Source of the DNA: Malacoraja senta
Taxonomy: Eukaryota
Length of the DNA: 64,000 nucleotides
Assembly: GCA_038087875.1 (NCBI GenBank)
Contig: CM075987.1
Coordinates: forward strand, 20,400,001 to 20,464,000
Direction of reading: 5' to 3'
Part shown: piece after piece, positions 24,704 to 37,100 of the stretch
Layout: the number at the start of each line of letters is the position of its first letter
How positions within the stretch are numbered: the first letter of the stretch is position 1
Program-made: the position numbers and the translations under genes
Notes under the pieces: model-generated
What the model saw: the letters and a program-made list of their open reading frames with translations, nothing else
What the model was told of the DNA's origin: nothing
Database searches by the model: none

Positions 24704-25769
24704 ACAGTAGTTTAGTTTATGGTTGTCACATGTACCTAGATACAGTGAAATGCTTATGTTTTCATGCTATCCAGTCAAGAAAAAGACTACATGAATACCA
24801 TCAAGCCATCCACAGTGCTGAGTAAAGGATGAAGGGTACAACAGTATACAAGAGTATAAGAGTATTCAAGAGTAGAGTCTTATGGCTGCTGGAAAGAAGC
24901 AGGACCTGGTGAACCACAGTTTTCAGACTCTGGTGCCTTCTTCCCAATGGTAGTAGTGAGATGAGAGCCTGGCCAGATTGGTGTGGGTCTTTGATGATGT
25001 TGGCTGCCATTTTGAGGCAGCACCTCCTGTAGATACCTTCGATGATGGAGAGGTCAGTAACTGTGATGGACTGGGCAGTGTCAACCACACTGCAGCTCCT
25101 TTGTCCGTGGGCGTTCGAGATGCCGATGCAACCAGTCGACATGCACTCTATCGTGCACCTGTAGAGAGTCGATGGAGTCCGATGGATGACTAGTCTGGGG
25201 TGGCTGGTTGCGCAGCACAAGTGGCCTTCCTGCCTGAGAGGCTGTAAAGCCAGCTGAACTCTTCCTGGCAACTTCAGCTTAAATGAAGGAGATAAATGCT
25301 TAACATTTTGTGCATGCAGAGAGTGGTGGACACAATCCTCCCCACCATTGAAAGCATGTACGTGAGGCACTGCCACAAGGCGGCGCCATCTATCATCAAG
25401 GATCCCCACCATCCAGGCCATGCCCTCTTTTCACTGCTACCATCGGGCAGAAGGTGCAGACGTCTGAAATCACGCACCACCAGGTTCAGGAACGGCTATT
25501 TTCCTACAACCATCAGATTCTAGAACTCATCTGTTTAACCCTAATCCTACCTTGACAATGGAACACTATGGACCACCTTTTGCATTATCATGGACTTGTT
25601 CATTTTTTTCCAATAGTGTTTTGCATTAATGTCTTGGTTTTTTTTGTAGTCTTTCACCTTTTAGGAATATTGTGTAAAATTTATACATAACTTGTTTCTG
25701 AGTATTTGAGTCTATGTGTCGGTGAAGCTGCTGCAAGCATGATTTTCAATGGACCTGTCCCTCATCATC

Positions 25770-26002
25770 GAAGGTAGACACAAAATGCTGGAGTAACTCA
25801 GCGGGACAGGCAGCATCTCTGGAGAGAAGGAATGGGTGACATTTTGGGTCTTGACCCTTCTTTAGACCCTGAAGAAGGGTCTCAACCCGAAACATCACCC
25901 ATTCCTTCTCTCCAGAGATGCTGCCAGTCCTACTGAGTTACTCCAGCATTTTGTGTCTACCTTCGATTTAAACCAGCATCTGCCGTTCTTTCTTACACAT
26001 TT
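25770..26002. mobile_element. Fold-back Penelope terminal-repeat mini-element with two head-to-head degenerate hammerhead-like motifs
   Basis: About 100-bp inverted arms spanning 25767-25967; 14-bp TSD TGT(C/A)CCTCATCATC at 25756-25769 and 26003-26016. Confidence 0.8.
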
Positions 26003-28707
26003 TGTACCTCATCATCCTTTTGCAAATGATAATAAACTCAACATGACTTGACGAGTTTGAGAGAATGATGGGAAGCAGCTCGAGCTACATCATCCATAGC
26101 CCACTACCCTGACCTTTAACTCAAGCCCCAGCCCAACCCAGTCAGAGCAGCCTCACCGCCAGACTCAGCTCTCAGCCTCTGACAGTGCACCCAGGTTTTG
26201 CAAAGGAGCCGGAGGTAGATATTTTTTAGCCAGCAAGTTGGGATCTGGAACGTAATGGTTTCAAATTCAATTGGATATTTGCCTAATATCCGGAAAAAAA
26301 TTACGAGGACAATGGTGAGAGGGCAATCAAATGGAAATAATTGGAAAACTCATTCAAAGAAATAGCATGGGCCAGGGACTCATTTGTTGGCTCTGATTGC
26401 TTCAACTACAGCACTTAAATCTAGAGTACAGAATGTTCCCGTTGAAAGTATTAAAGATCTTTTTTTCAAAATCATAACATATAATTTAACATTGTAAATC
26501 GCATTCAATCCGAGGTACTGTAGAGGCCTTCTGCTCCAACTAGTCCCATTATGTTCCATATGAGACTCTTCTCACCTGTCTTCATTTAATTCCACCAATA
26601 AATCCTTATGCTGATTCATCCCTCTTGCATTTATTCATCCTCCCCGTGTGCATCATCAGTATTTGGCTTTAACCACTGCACATGGTCGCAAGTTCAAAAC
26701 GGTAACCGCTCTCCGGATGGAGATGTTTTCTTGAATCACTGTTGCATTTACCACAGACTCTCGGATATTTACTGACCTTAGTTTTAGGTGTTCCCTGAGT
26801 GGAAACATTTCTATACCACCATTATAAGGGACTTGTGCCCAATAAATGCCGTGCCGTATACTCTCTCGTGGTCAAGAAATAAATGATACAGACACCGAAT
26901 AGACATCAATCCCCCTCAGAATAGTGAGACACAGGCCCTTCTTCTTTCATGTCCATCTTCCATGTTTCAAATGTTGACATCGCTGTCATTGTCCATCCTG
27001 AAAAGGACGCAAGCTTCCGGCGACAATCAGTGGGAGCCATCACTTGTTGCAATAGATGATAGTGGTAGCGGAATTAGCTCGGGATACTTCCAGTTTCCAG
27101 CCCCGCGATGTGGACGCTTCTGCTATGGCCAGACACAGGCTGGGCCCACACATAACATGGTTATAAGACAGTTCCTACAAACTGACTAGTCAGCAAACAT
27201 TACTCTAGGTGCTTAAAAAGTGTGACTTGAACCATTCAAGAACACAAGAATGTAAGAAACAGCAGGAGTGGGCCATTCGGCCCTTCAAGCCTGCTCTCCA
27301 TTCATTGTGCAAGGCTGATCCATCTCTAGCTTTTCCAATAACTTGTGATGGCGTTTTTTCCTGTGCTGCCTGCCCAACTCCTCACCCGCCGGGGCAGTCC
27401 CTCTCCATCTGCCCCTTGGTTTAGAACACTTCCTTTTATGTGATATCCTCAGTGGTGAATGTGCCCCTGGAGGTCTGGCCTCTGCTGCAGCTCCAGAACA
27501 GGAGCAGCTGTCTCAGCCGGAGACACTTGCTGCACCTGGTGCACCAGGACCTGCTCGAATATTGGATGGATCTGTGAGCTCTTCCGTGAAACAGGATAAG
27601 GTCATAAGTGAATTAGGCCATTCGGCCCATCAAGTCTACTCTGCCGAAGGTAGACAAAAATGCTGGAGAAACGCAGCGGGGCAGCATCTATGGAGCGAAA
27701 GACTAGGTGATGTTTCGGGTCAAGACCCTTCTTCAGACATTCAATCATGGCTAATCTATCTCTCCCTCTTAACTCCATTCTCCTACCTTCTCCCCATAAC
27801 CCCTGACACCCGTACTAATCAAGCTGAGCTGCCCAGCCACACTTCACCCTCACTAATAACCTATAAACTAAAATACTGACAGAATATACCAGCCCACTTT
27901 TGACTTGCACCGAATTGAACCCAAATGCTGAGATACTCCTGTGGACCCCACTCACCATCACCCCTCCCTCATTCACCAGCACCTGCATACTGATGACCAC
28001 AGCACTCAAAGGAACATTATATAGAACAGTACAGCTCAGGAATAGGCCTGTCAGCCCACAATGTCTGTGCCGAACATGATGCCAAGTTAAACTAATCTCT
28101 TCTGCCTGAACGTGATCCACATCCCTCCATTCCATGCAGAAGTGACAGGCGGCTGGCGAGTCCCTTATAGAGAGACCTCCACTGAGGACCACTCCCGCCG
28201 TCAGGTGGTAACACTGTGGGAGGGGCAGTACCGAGCGAGTGCCGCACTGTGGGAAGGGTGATACTGAGGGAGTGCTGCACTGTCAGAGAAGGAGTACTGA
28301 GGAAGCGTGCCCCTGTCAATCTGCAGAATGACCAGCATCTGTGACCAGTTAGAACCAGCTTCAGGAAGACAGATTCAACGTAGGAAGCGCAAGGCCATGT
28401 TCTTTGTAATCCCTCAAAAGGTCCACAGTCAGGGGTGACTTCCTGAATTGTCGTTGATCTGGTTCACTGGGCCCATGGGCTGGTGGATCGGCAAGCTTCA
28501 GCAGTGGCTGGGACAGTGGTTTCCGTGTTCCCTCTTGCTGGCAACAGGAACCTGGTCACCAGGTGTAAGGAGGCCTTAGGTTTACTGCACGTGGCACAGG
28601 GGTGACCGCTACCCTCTCCTGAGCCAGGACATTGCCTGAGCCATCTGCCATTTCATCCAGAGATTCACGATGGAGGGTGTCTGATGCACAAGTTCCCAGA
28701 CACCCAG

Positions 28708-28897
28708 GAGAGAGCACTGGATGACATGGGGGAGAGAGTACTGCATAACACCCAGGGGGGAGCTGCAGGTGACACTGGGTGGTGAGAGCACTGGGGGACA
28801 CTGGGTGGGGAGAGCACTGGGTGACACTGGGTGGCACCAGGGGAGGGCACTGGGTGACACTTGGGGGAGAGCATTGGGTGACACTCCGAGGAGAGCA
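28708..28897. repeat. G-rich minisatellite (unit resembling gggagagcactgggtgacact)
   Basis: About 7-8 imperfect tandem copies; these produce the repetitive ORFs 28556, 28609 and 28721. Confidence 0.75.
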
Positions 28898-29114
28898 TGC
28901 CCAGCATGCTGTTCCTAGGGATGCACACAGTGACAGACATGGCTTCCTCCTGTAAGATCATCAGCTCGGTGAACGATGCACTGTGCTCTGCCCAAAACCC
29001 ATTGGTCTTCTGGTGCAATGAGATATCCATAAGGGAATGCTGGCACCTGACACATTCCAGGCTCCTGGAATATGTGCTGAGAGAAACACCAAAGCTTGGT
29101 GCAGCCAAAGCAAA

Positions 29115-29584
29115 AGGTTAATTCCCGGGATGGTGGGACTGTCATATGCTGAGAGAATGGAACGGCTGGGCTTGTACACTCTGGAGTTTAGAAGGATGAG
29201 AGGGTATCTCATTGAAACATATAAGATTGTTAAGGGTTTGGACACACTAGAGGCAGGAACCGTGTTCCCGATGTTGGGGGAGTCCAGAACCAGGGGCCAC
29301 AGTTTAAGAATAAGGAGTAAGCCATTTGGAACGGAGACGAGGAAACACTTTTTCTCACAGAGAGTGGTGAGTCTGTGCAATTCTCTGGCTCAGAGGGCGG
29401 TGGAGGCAGGTTCTCTGGATGCTTTCAAGAGAGAGCTAGATAAGGCTCTTAAAAATAGCGGAGTCAGGGGATATGGGGAGAAGGCAGGAACGGGTTACTG
29501 ATTGGGGATGATCAGCCATGATCACATTGAATGGCGGTGCTGGCTCGAAGGGCCGAATGGCCTCCTCTTGCACCTATTGTCTAT
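29115..29584 (+). mobile_element. CR1 LINE 3' fragment (young)
   Basis: ORF 29037 translates RLIPGMVGLSYAERMERLGLYTLEFRRMRG...ESRTRGHSLRI; tail ends cacctattgtctat. Confidence 0.9.
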
Positions 29585-31169
29585 AAAAGCTTTTGGGGGC
29601 AGGACTTCAGTCTAAGGTCCTGCCACGAATAGACATCGAGGGGCTGGCCCTGTGTAATATCCCTGCAGATACTCAGAGGGTGCATTGTTCAAATAGACCA
29701 CTGAGCATTGTTGCACTGTACACAAAATGAATTAACTAGAGATACTGTGAATGTAAAGAAAACCATCCAATATTTTATTTTTCCTGTATCCATTTTATAT
29801 GAATAAAGATTAATTTTGAAATTTAAAATATGCCCAACATGCCTAGAATGAATTGTAAAAGCTCCATAGAAAGCTATGACGAAGTCTAAAGAATGCGTCT
29901 GAAGAAGGGTCTCGACCCAAAACGTCAAATCAATGTTCTCTAGCGATGCTGAGTCACTCCATCACTTTGTGTCCTTTTGTGTATTCACCAGCATCTGCAG
30001 TTCCATGTTTCGAATCTCACTGTACCTTAATTGGTACATGTGACAATAAACTGACCTTGAAACCTTGAAAGCTACGTCTTGCCCACCATAAAACAGACAA
30101 TAGAGACACAAGAAACTGCAGATACTGGAATCTTGAGCAAAACACAATGTGCTGGAGTCTCAGTCTGAAGAAAGGTCCCAACCCGAAACGTCATGTGCTC
30201 ATTCCCTCCACAGATGCTGCCTGGCCCACTGAGTTCCTCCAGCACTTTGCGTTTTGCCTAAAATCTTTGATTTCACAACCACGGTTTCCGCTTCTTAACG
30301 GCCCCTGCAATACTCTGGGCATTTCTGAAACTTGCCAGAGGCTCTGTTTGAATTTATGTTATTATATAACCCCAGGCTTCATCAAATTTGTCAAAAATAT
30401 TTCAGCTTTGTTATGATTAAGTAGTTAATATTCTACATATGAGAATATTTTTCAACTGTTTGTGTAATGTGGAAGAGTATCCAGTTGGCAACAGACCAAA
30501 GTAATTAAAAAGCTTGTGCAGCCCAGGCAAGAATCACTTGAAATTGGTTTTAAGATGCCCCAAGATGCAAGATTTTGAATACCTTTTTGAAAGAAAAGCA
30601 CTGTTTTACTTTATTAATCTGTTATTACATCTGCTGTTAACAATACACCCTGGGCTGCAGCCATTTTCTAAATAAGAGGTTCAAGCTTTTGTAGACACAC
30701 TGATCAGTCATATTTCACGTTATTTCATACACTGTATACAAGGAGATCATTCAGCCCATTGAATCTATGCCGGCTCTTGGTGCATCCTCATTAGTCCCAT
30801 TTGCCTACTTATTTCCCAGATCTAGTCATTCACACACACAGCTTAACACCTTCCCAATTCTCCCACAGTTTTGCTCTCCCACACCCTTCTACCAGGAAAA
30901 AAAAACAGGGGCAGACTCCCCCGTTTCTGACCGTGGGTTCCACGAGCTTCCGCATCTAACACATCAATATCTGACTTTTCAACCAGCTTCAAACTGATCC
31001 CCCTCCCCCCACATCCCATCTACACAGGTTTGCCCCTCTCTGTCCCACGATATTTCACACTCCATCTTCCTTTCTTATCAGATTCCACCATTTGCACCCT
31101 TTCTGTCCTCCATTTATGGCCTCCAGCCTTGGTTACTATTTCCACCCTCCCCCCCCCCCCCCCGCCCCC

Positions 31170-31369
31170 NNNNNNNNNNNNNNNNNNNNNNNNNNNNNNN
31201 NNNNNNNNNNNNNNNNNNNNNNNNNNNNNNNNNNNNNNNNNNNNNNNNNNNNNNNNNNNNNNNNNNNNNNNNNNNNNNNNNNNNNNNNNNNNNNNNNNNN
31301 NNNNNNNNNNNNNNNNNNNNNNNNNNNNNNNNNNNNNNNNNNNNNNNNNNNNNNNNNNNNNNNNNNNNN
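31170..31369. other. Assembly gap (200 N)
   Basis: Run of n, with a poly-C tract on the left (about 31145-31169) and a poly-G tract nearby on the right (31622-31639). Confidence 1.
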
Positions 31370-31399
31370 TGGGTACACAGTTAATGTGCAAGGTTACAT

Positions 31400-32350
31400 T
31401 GCAGACATCCCAGATATCTGTGCCTGTGCGGTGCCGCTTGCAAGGTCGAGGGTGTTAGAAGGGGAAGTAAGAGAGGGTGGCTGGGTGCTGCGGACAGACT
31501 GCACTGGACACGTTGCCTGTCACAGAAACGGGGATTTCGATTAAAACTCCTAGCCGAATAGAAGCCGGTGAATCGGCGTGAGGTCTGCGACAGTGTGAGC
31601 CGCCCCGTGTGGCGTGTGAACGGGGGGGGGGGGGGGGGGAGTGTGGGTGCAGGCAGAGTGTGTAGAATTAGGCCATTCGGCCCATCAAGTCCACTCCGCC
31701 ATTCAATCATGGCTGATCTATCTCCCCCTCCTAACCCCATTCTCCTGCCTTCTCCCCGTAACCTCTGACACCTGCACTAATCAAGGGCACGACGGGGTGT
31801 AATATATTCCATATGCTCCATATGTCGATTAAACTGAACCCCATCTCCCCTTTCGGGATAGACCAGAGCACGACCTTACTGAGAGACGACCACCTTTCTG
31901 AATGCTGGGATATTTGGGGGATTAAGTGTCCTTGCAACTTTGGAAGGGGCAGTTTTGGAAACCCAATCCCCCCTACTCGAGACGGGACCCTACACACATC
32001 ATTGCAAATTTTTAAAGATGGGTTAAAAAAAAAAATTCAGCTGCATTCTCCTGCAATTTTTCCTTCCTTTCTGCTTTTTGCAAAACCTCGGTTGCTGTTT
32101 CTCTCCCCCGCCCACACGCCCGGCGTGTGCAGTGTAATCTGATCTCCAGGAGAGGTGTCCTGAACCGGGGGCTGGCGCTTCTGAAGAGCGTCTGTAAACT
32201 CTTAAAGGGGCCACCGCGCTGGCTGCAACACAAACTAAGCCACACCTGAAATTCATGTGTCAGTCCTGCCATCCCACTGCAAAGGAGCGAGGACTTGGTC
32301 CTGAACCTCTCCCTCCACGTTAGAGGCGAGGAGTTCACCTCCCACGTTCT
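31400..32350. promoter_or_regulatory. CpG-enriched region, probable SH3GLB2 promoter-proximal/first-intron CpG island
   Basis: Visibly more CG dinucleotides than the flanks (e.g. gaatcggcgtgaggtctgcgacagtgtgagccgccccgtgtggcgtg, cccccgcccacacgcccggcgtg). Sits next to the gap where exon 1 is expected. Confidence 0.5.
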
Positions 32351-32378
32351 CTCCACCCAGGCCTATGTAAACATTAGT

Positions 32379-33176
32379 CAATAGACAATAGGTGCAGGAG
32401 TAGGCCGTTTGGCCCTTCGAGCCAGCAACGCCAGTCAATGTGATCATGGCTGATGATCCCCAATCAGTACCCCATTCCTGCCTTCTCCCCATATCACCTG
32501 ACTCTGCTATTTTTAAGAGTCCTATCTAGCTCTCTCTTGAAAGCATCCAGAGAACCTGCCTCTACCGCCCTCTGAGGCTGAGAATTCCACTGACTCACCA
32601 CTCTCTGTGTGAAAAAGTGTTTCCTCGTCTCCGTTCTAATGGCTTACTCCTTATTCTTAAACTGTGGCCCCTGGTTCTGGACTCCCCCAACATCGGGAAC
32701 ATGTTTCCTGCCTCTAGCGTGTCCAAACTCTTATATGTTTCAATGAGATTCCCTCTCATCCTTCTAAACTCCAGAGTGTACAAGCCCAGCTGCTCCATTC
32801 TCTCAGCATATGACAGTCCCGCAATCCCGGGAATTAACCTTGTAAACCTACGCTGCACTCCCTCAATAGCAAGAATGTCCTTCCTCAAATTTGGAGACCA
32901 AAACTGCACACAATACTCCAGGTGTGGTCTCACTAGGGCTCTGTACAACTGCAGAAGGACCTCTTTGCTCCTATATTCGATTCCTCTTGTTATAAAGGCC
33001 AACATGCCATTCGCTTTCTTCACTGCCTGCTGTACCTGCATGCTTACTTTCATAGACTGATGTACAAGGACCCCCAGATCTCGTTGTACTTCCCCTTTTC
33101 CCCACTTGACGCCATTTAGATAGTAATCTGCCTTCCTGTTTTTGCTACCAAAGTGGATAATCTCACATTTATCCGC
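32379..33176 (-). mobile_element. CR1 LINE 3' fragment (young)
   Basis: ORF 32595..33053 translates KANGMLAFITRGIEYRSKEVLLQLYRALVRPHLEYCVQFWSP; (ctattgt)n tail at the 3' end. Confidence 0.9.
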
Positions 33177-33731
33177 TTGTCAATCCAGGCCGTTGGCTTT
33201 AAATAATAACGATGGACCACTGTAATTGGCATTTAATTTTAGAAACGGACTTGCATTTCAATAGCACCTTTGCTATCTCCAAAGTAACGTGGTAACTGCG
33301 ACAACACAAGAGATTGCAGATGCTGTGATCTGGAACAAAAAGAAACAAACTGTTGGAGGAATTCAGCTGGTCGGGGCAGCATCTGTGGAGGCAGAAGGAT
33401 GGACGATGTTTCCGGTTGAGACCCTGCATCGGGATTGATCTGAAATGTCATCCTCCATAGATGCTGCCCAGTCTGTTGAATTAGGGTATGGAGCGCCATA
33501 GGAACAGGCCTTTTGGCCCACAATGAATGTGCTGAACATGATTCCAAGACCAACTCTTATCTGCCTGCATAATTCATTTCCCTCCATTCCCTGCATATCA
33601 ATGTGCCTATCCAAAAGCATTTTAAACGCAATTGTATCTGCCTCCACCACCACAACCCCCAAAGGCAGTACTTACCACTATCAAGTTAAAAAAAACTTGC
33701 CCTGCACATTTCCTTTAAACTTTGCCCCTCT

Positions 33732-34145
33732 CGCTGGCCTTTGTATTCAAAGACTAAATCACAAGCAGGTTCTCAGCACTGAACGGCCTCTGCAGATCTC
33801 TCCACCACCCTCTACCCTAACTGTCCAAACTGTTCCTCCAACAGTTTTTGTTTTTGCCCTGTACAACTAGTTTTTGCCCTGTACAACTAGTTTCAATGAT
33901 CGTGGTTAAAGGATGGATCAGCCAGTAGCCTCTGTTCTTCTGACCACTTGAATACAGCATTGCTGATTCACATGACTCTGTCAGACTGAATCTTGTCGTT
34001 GGGCGGTGTGAGCTGAGGTTGGGCATGTGGCCAGGTGCTTGTTCAAGAAGGTGGGCCTTGAGTAAAGGGTGGTGGAGAGATCTGCAGAGGCCGTTCAGTG
34101 CTGAGAACCTGCTTGTGATTTAGTCTTTGAATACAAAGGCCAGCG
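33732..34145. repeat. Perfect 80-bp inverted repeat with a 254-bp spacer
   Basis: 33732-33811 is the exact reverse complement of 34066-34145 (checked base by base). The spacer holds a 20-bp tandem duplication (33851-33890). Confidence 0.95.
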
Positions 34146-37100
34146 CAGAGGAAGAGAGATTGTTCGAGAAGCAATAATGTTGGAATTAAGTTACTTAGTC
34201 AGTGAGGGGCCGGATCATGAGTAGAGTTTAAAAGTTAGGACAGGAAGTGTAATATCAAGGCCTGACATAACAGGTGTCGTTTGGTGACTCCCAGGCCTGG
34301 TGTGAATGGACTTGAGTTTGGGATGACTCTACAATACCAGGGATTGGAATATAAAGGCTGGCTGAGCCTCTAAAAGAATATTCCCCAAGAAAGACTTGTC
34401 CTACCGGGTCATTCCTCCTCCCCACTCCCATCGGACAGAAAATACAGAAGCTTGAAAGTCTGTACAGCCAGACTCAGGAACAGCTTCTTCCACTCTGTTA
34501 ACAAGCTTCTGAATGGTCTAATGTAAGCCAGAGTCCTGTCTGATTTACTTCTACCCGATTGGGGACATTGGACTTTGTCTATGGAACTGGTGCGTTACAA
34601 TGCTGAGAACTACACTCTTTATATCTTCCCCTTTGCTCTACCTCATGTACTTGAGTTTGACGATTGTTTTTGGGTATAACATTATCTGATTGGATAGCAT
34701 GCAAAACACTGCCTTTCACCATACTTCGTTACGTGTGACAATAATCCTAAATCTAGTTGTGTCTATAGGTTAAAAATGCACTGAATAGGGTTTCTATAGC
34801 AGAACAGCTGAGCTGGGGTGGAGTCTTGCATTATGGCAGAGATAGATTCTCAAGCTGTGGTCAAGTGTGACTTTGCGCTTGCCACGGGTCTGCTTCAACC
34901 CTGGGCTGTGTCCGGGGAGAGGGATGGAGCTGCCTGATGGAGGGACTCGTGTAGGTGGTGGAGTTTAAGCTGGCTGACAACAGTGTTCAGGTGCAAACCA
35001 ACCCTGTGCTTTCTGACCATGTTGCCAATGGAACATCATGTCGAGTAGGAAAAGAGAAGGGGTTGGGGATAAGTCTTCCTGGAAGCTCAGAGGCAACGGG
35101 GCACTGCCAGGACACAGAGGAGATGTGTCACTCGCTCTTTGAGTGAGTAGCTGTGGCATCCTTTGCATCCACCTGAGACAGCAGATGGGACTTGCCGGTT
35201 AATCACTCCTCTGGGGGTCGTGCAATGCTCCAGCTGCAATGTCAGCTCTGACTCTCTGTCTGGTATTCAGTGGGACCAGACTTCTTGATGATTCCCACCC
35301 ACTGCATGGGGAAAATGACCATTGTCACGTAGCTTTACCTGAGCACCAAAACAAGACACGGAGCTACGCACTGTCAAGAATCATGAATGTTTAAATGTCT
35401 TATGTACTGACAATGAAACAATGACATTTTTACTTGTAACAGCAGAACAAGCCTGCAAACACAATGCATAAAGATAAATATATAATAATAAATTCAATAG
35501 ATTAATAACCAAACTGCTAGTACAAAAACCGAAGTCCTTGGTGCAACCCAAGTTCATAGTGTGCAGTATTCAAGAGCCTGATGGTTGTTAGTAAACAGTT
35601 GTTCTTGAACCTGGAGGTCACGTTTTTCAGGTTCCTGCACCATCCTGATGGTAGGAGTGAAATGAGAGGGTGGCTTGGGTGTTGAGGGAGTACCTGGATT
35701 GACCATGCAGTATCTACTCTCTGTAATCACCTTAATTCAATAATGCTCTTCAAGCGTAACTGGAGTATTCGACTACAGATCACCTTGGTGATGTATGTGC
35801 CGAGCTGTTTTGGTGCATTGTGGGAAACCAGGGAGCAGTATAGGCTGGGGACATCCTACGTACCAATCCAGAGCTTTGAAGCAATATTGAAGCAGTATTT
35901 GGCAGAAAACCTCTGGCACACTGTATCTGCTATACGGTTGTGTTGCCGAGTGTGGACCCAGGAGACACCTCGAGCCTCTGTTGGCTTCTCTCACGAGAGG
36001 CACTTGTTTTTATTTTCTGTTTGTTGAGGTGTGAATTGCTCAGGAGCTAGTGGTAGGAGAAGGGTGAGGTTGTGGAGCAAAGAGAGATTGGAGTAGGGGC
36101 GCTTGTGTGAGCTAGGCAGCGGTGTCTGGTCCGGTGAAGGGAGGGTGGGTTGTTGGGAGGGTGAAGTTAAGGAGGAAGGTAAGAGGTGAGGTCTGTGGGA
36201 TTAAAGTAGGGGAGCATAGGGGAGAGGGTAAACACAAAATGCTAGAGTAACTCAGCGGGTGAGGCCGCATCTCAGGAGGGAATGAATGGGCGACGTTTCG
36301 CAGGAGAGAAGGAATGGACGACGTTTCAAGTCGAGATCCTTCCTCAGGAGAGAAGGAATAGGCAACATTTCGGGTCGAGACCCTTCCTCAGGGTCTCTCA
36401 GGGGAGAGGGAATGGGTTAAGGAGTGTGGCTGTAGTTTGAGGATGGGGTTGGGGGGATTGTTGGAGAGGGGGAAGTGCTCTGTTAGAGAGAATGGGAAGG
36501 GGGTAACAGAGGACAAGGGTCTGGGGAAGAATCTTGAGCAATTTCTTGTTTCCATTCTTAGCCTGCTTCCTGTTGACACATTGGAGATTTCTCTGCCCAC
36601 ACAAACTCTGGGTCTCGCAATGTCCTCCAGTGTCATCCCAGCTCTCTGCCTGTCTGCTCACAGTGGGTCTTCTGTAACCCCAGTTCTGTCCACATTCTCC
36701 AGTTTGTTGCACTTTGCCCTGTCCTGCATTGTTTCGGGTCTTCCCGACACTGTCCTGCTGATTCCTCAGGGATGGAGTGAGTATTTGGCACCTGTAACCC
36801 CACTGCTGGCCTTTGCCCTGCACTAATTCACCTGCTTGCCTGAACTGTTGCTGCTCACAAAACTGCCTGTATCATCAGCATGCCCAGTGAATTTAGACTT
36901 TAGAGATACAGCGTGGAAATAGGCCCTTTGGCCCACCAAGTCCGTGCCGACTAGCGATCACTGTGTACAATTTTTACCGGAGCCAATTAATCTATATAAA
37001 ACCTGTACGTCTTTGTGGGAGGAAACCCATGCGGTCACAGGGAGAACGTACAAACTCCTTACATACAGCACCCATTGTCAGGATTGAACCCGGGTCTCTG

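Noticed and set aside
24801..25421. Longest ORF in the track (206 aa, minus strand)
   Set aside because: Chimeric read-through of two oppositely oriented Rex/Babar fragments; not a host gene.
28708..28897. Repeat array that might resemble a CRISPR
   Set aside because: Imperfect tandem units without unique spacers, in a vertebrate context with no cas genes; an ordinary minisatellite.
31020..31544. ORFs spanning the N run
   Set aside because: Artefacts of translating across the gap.
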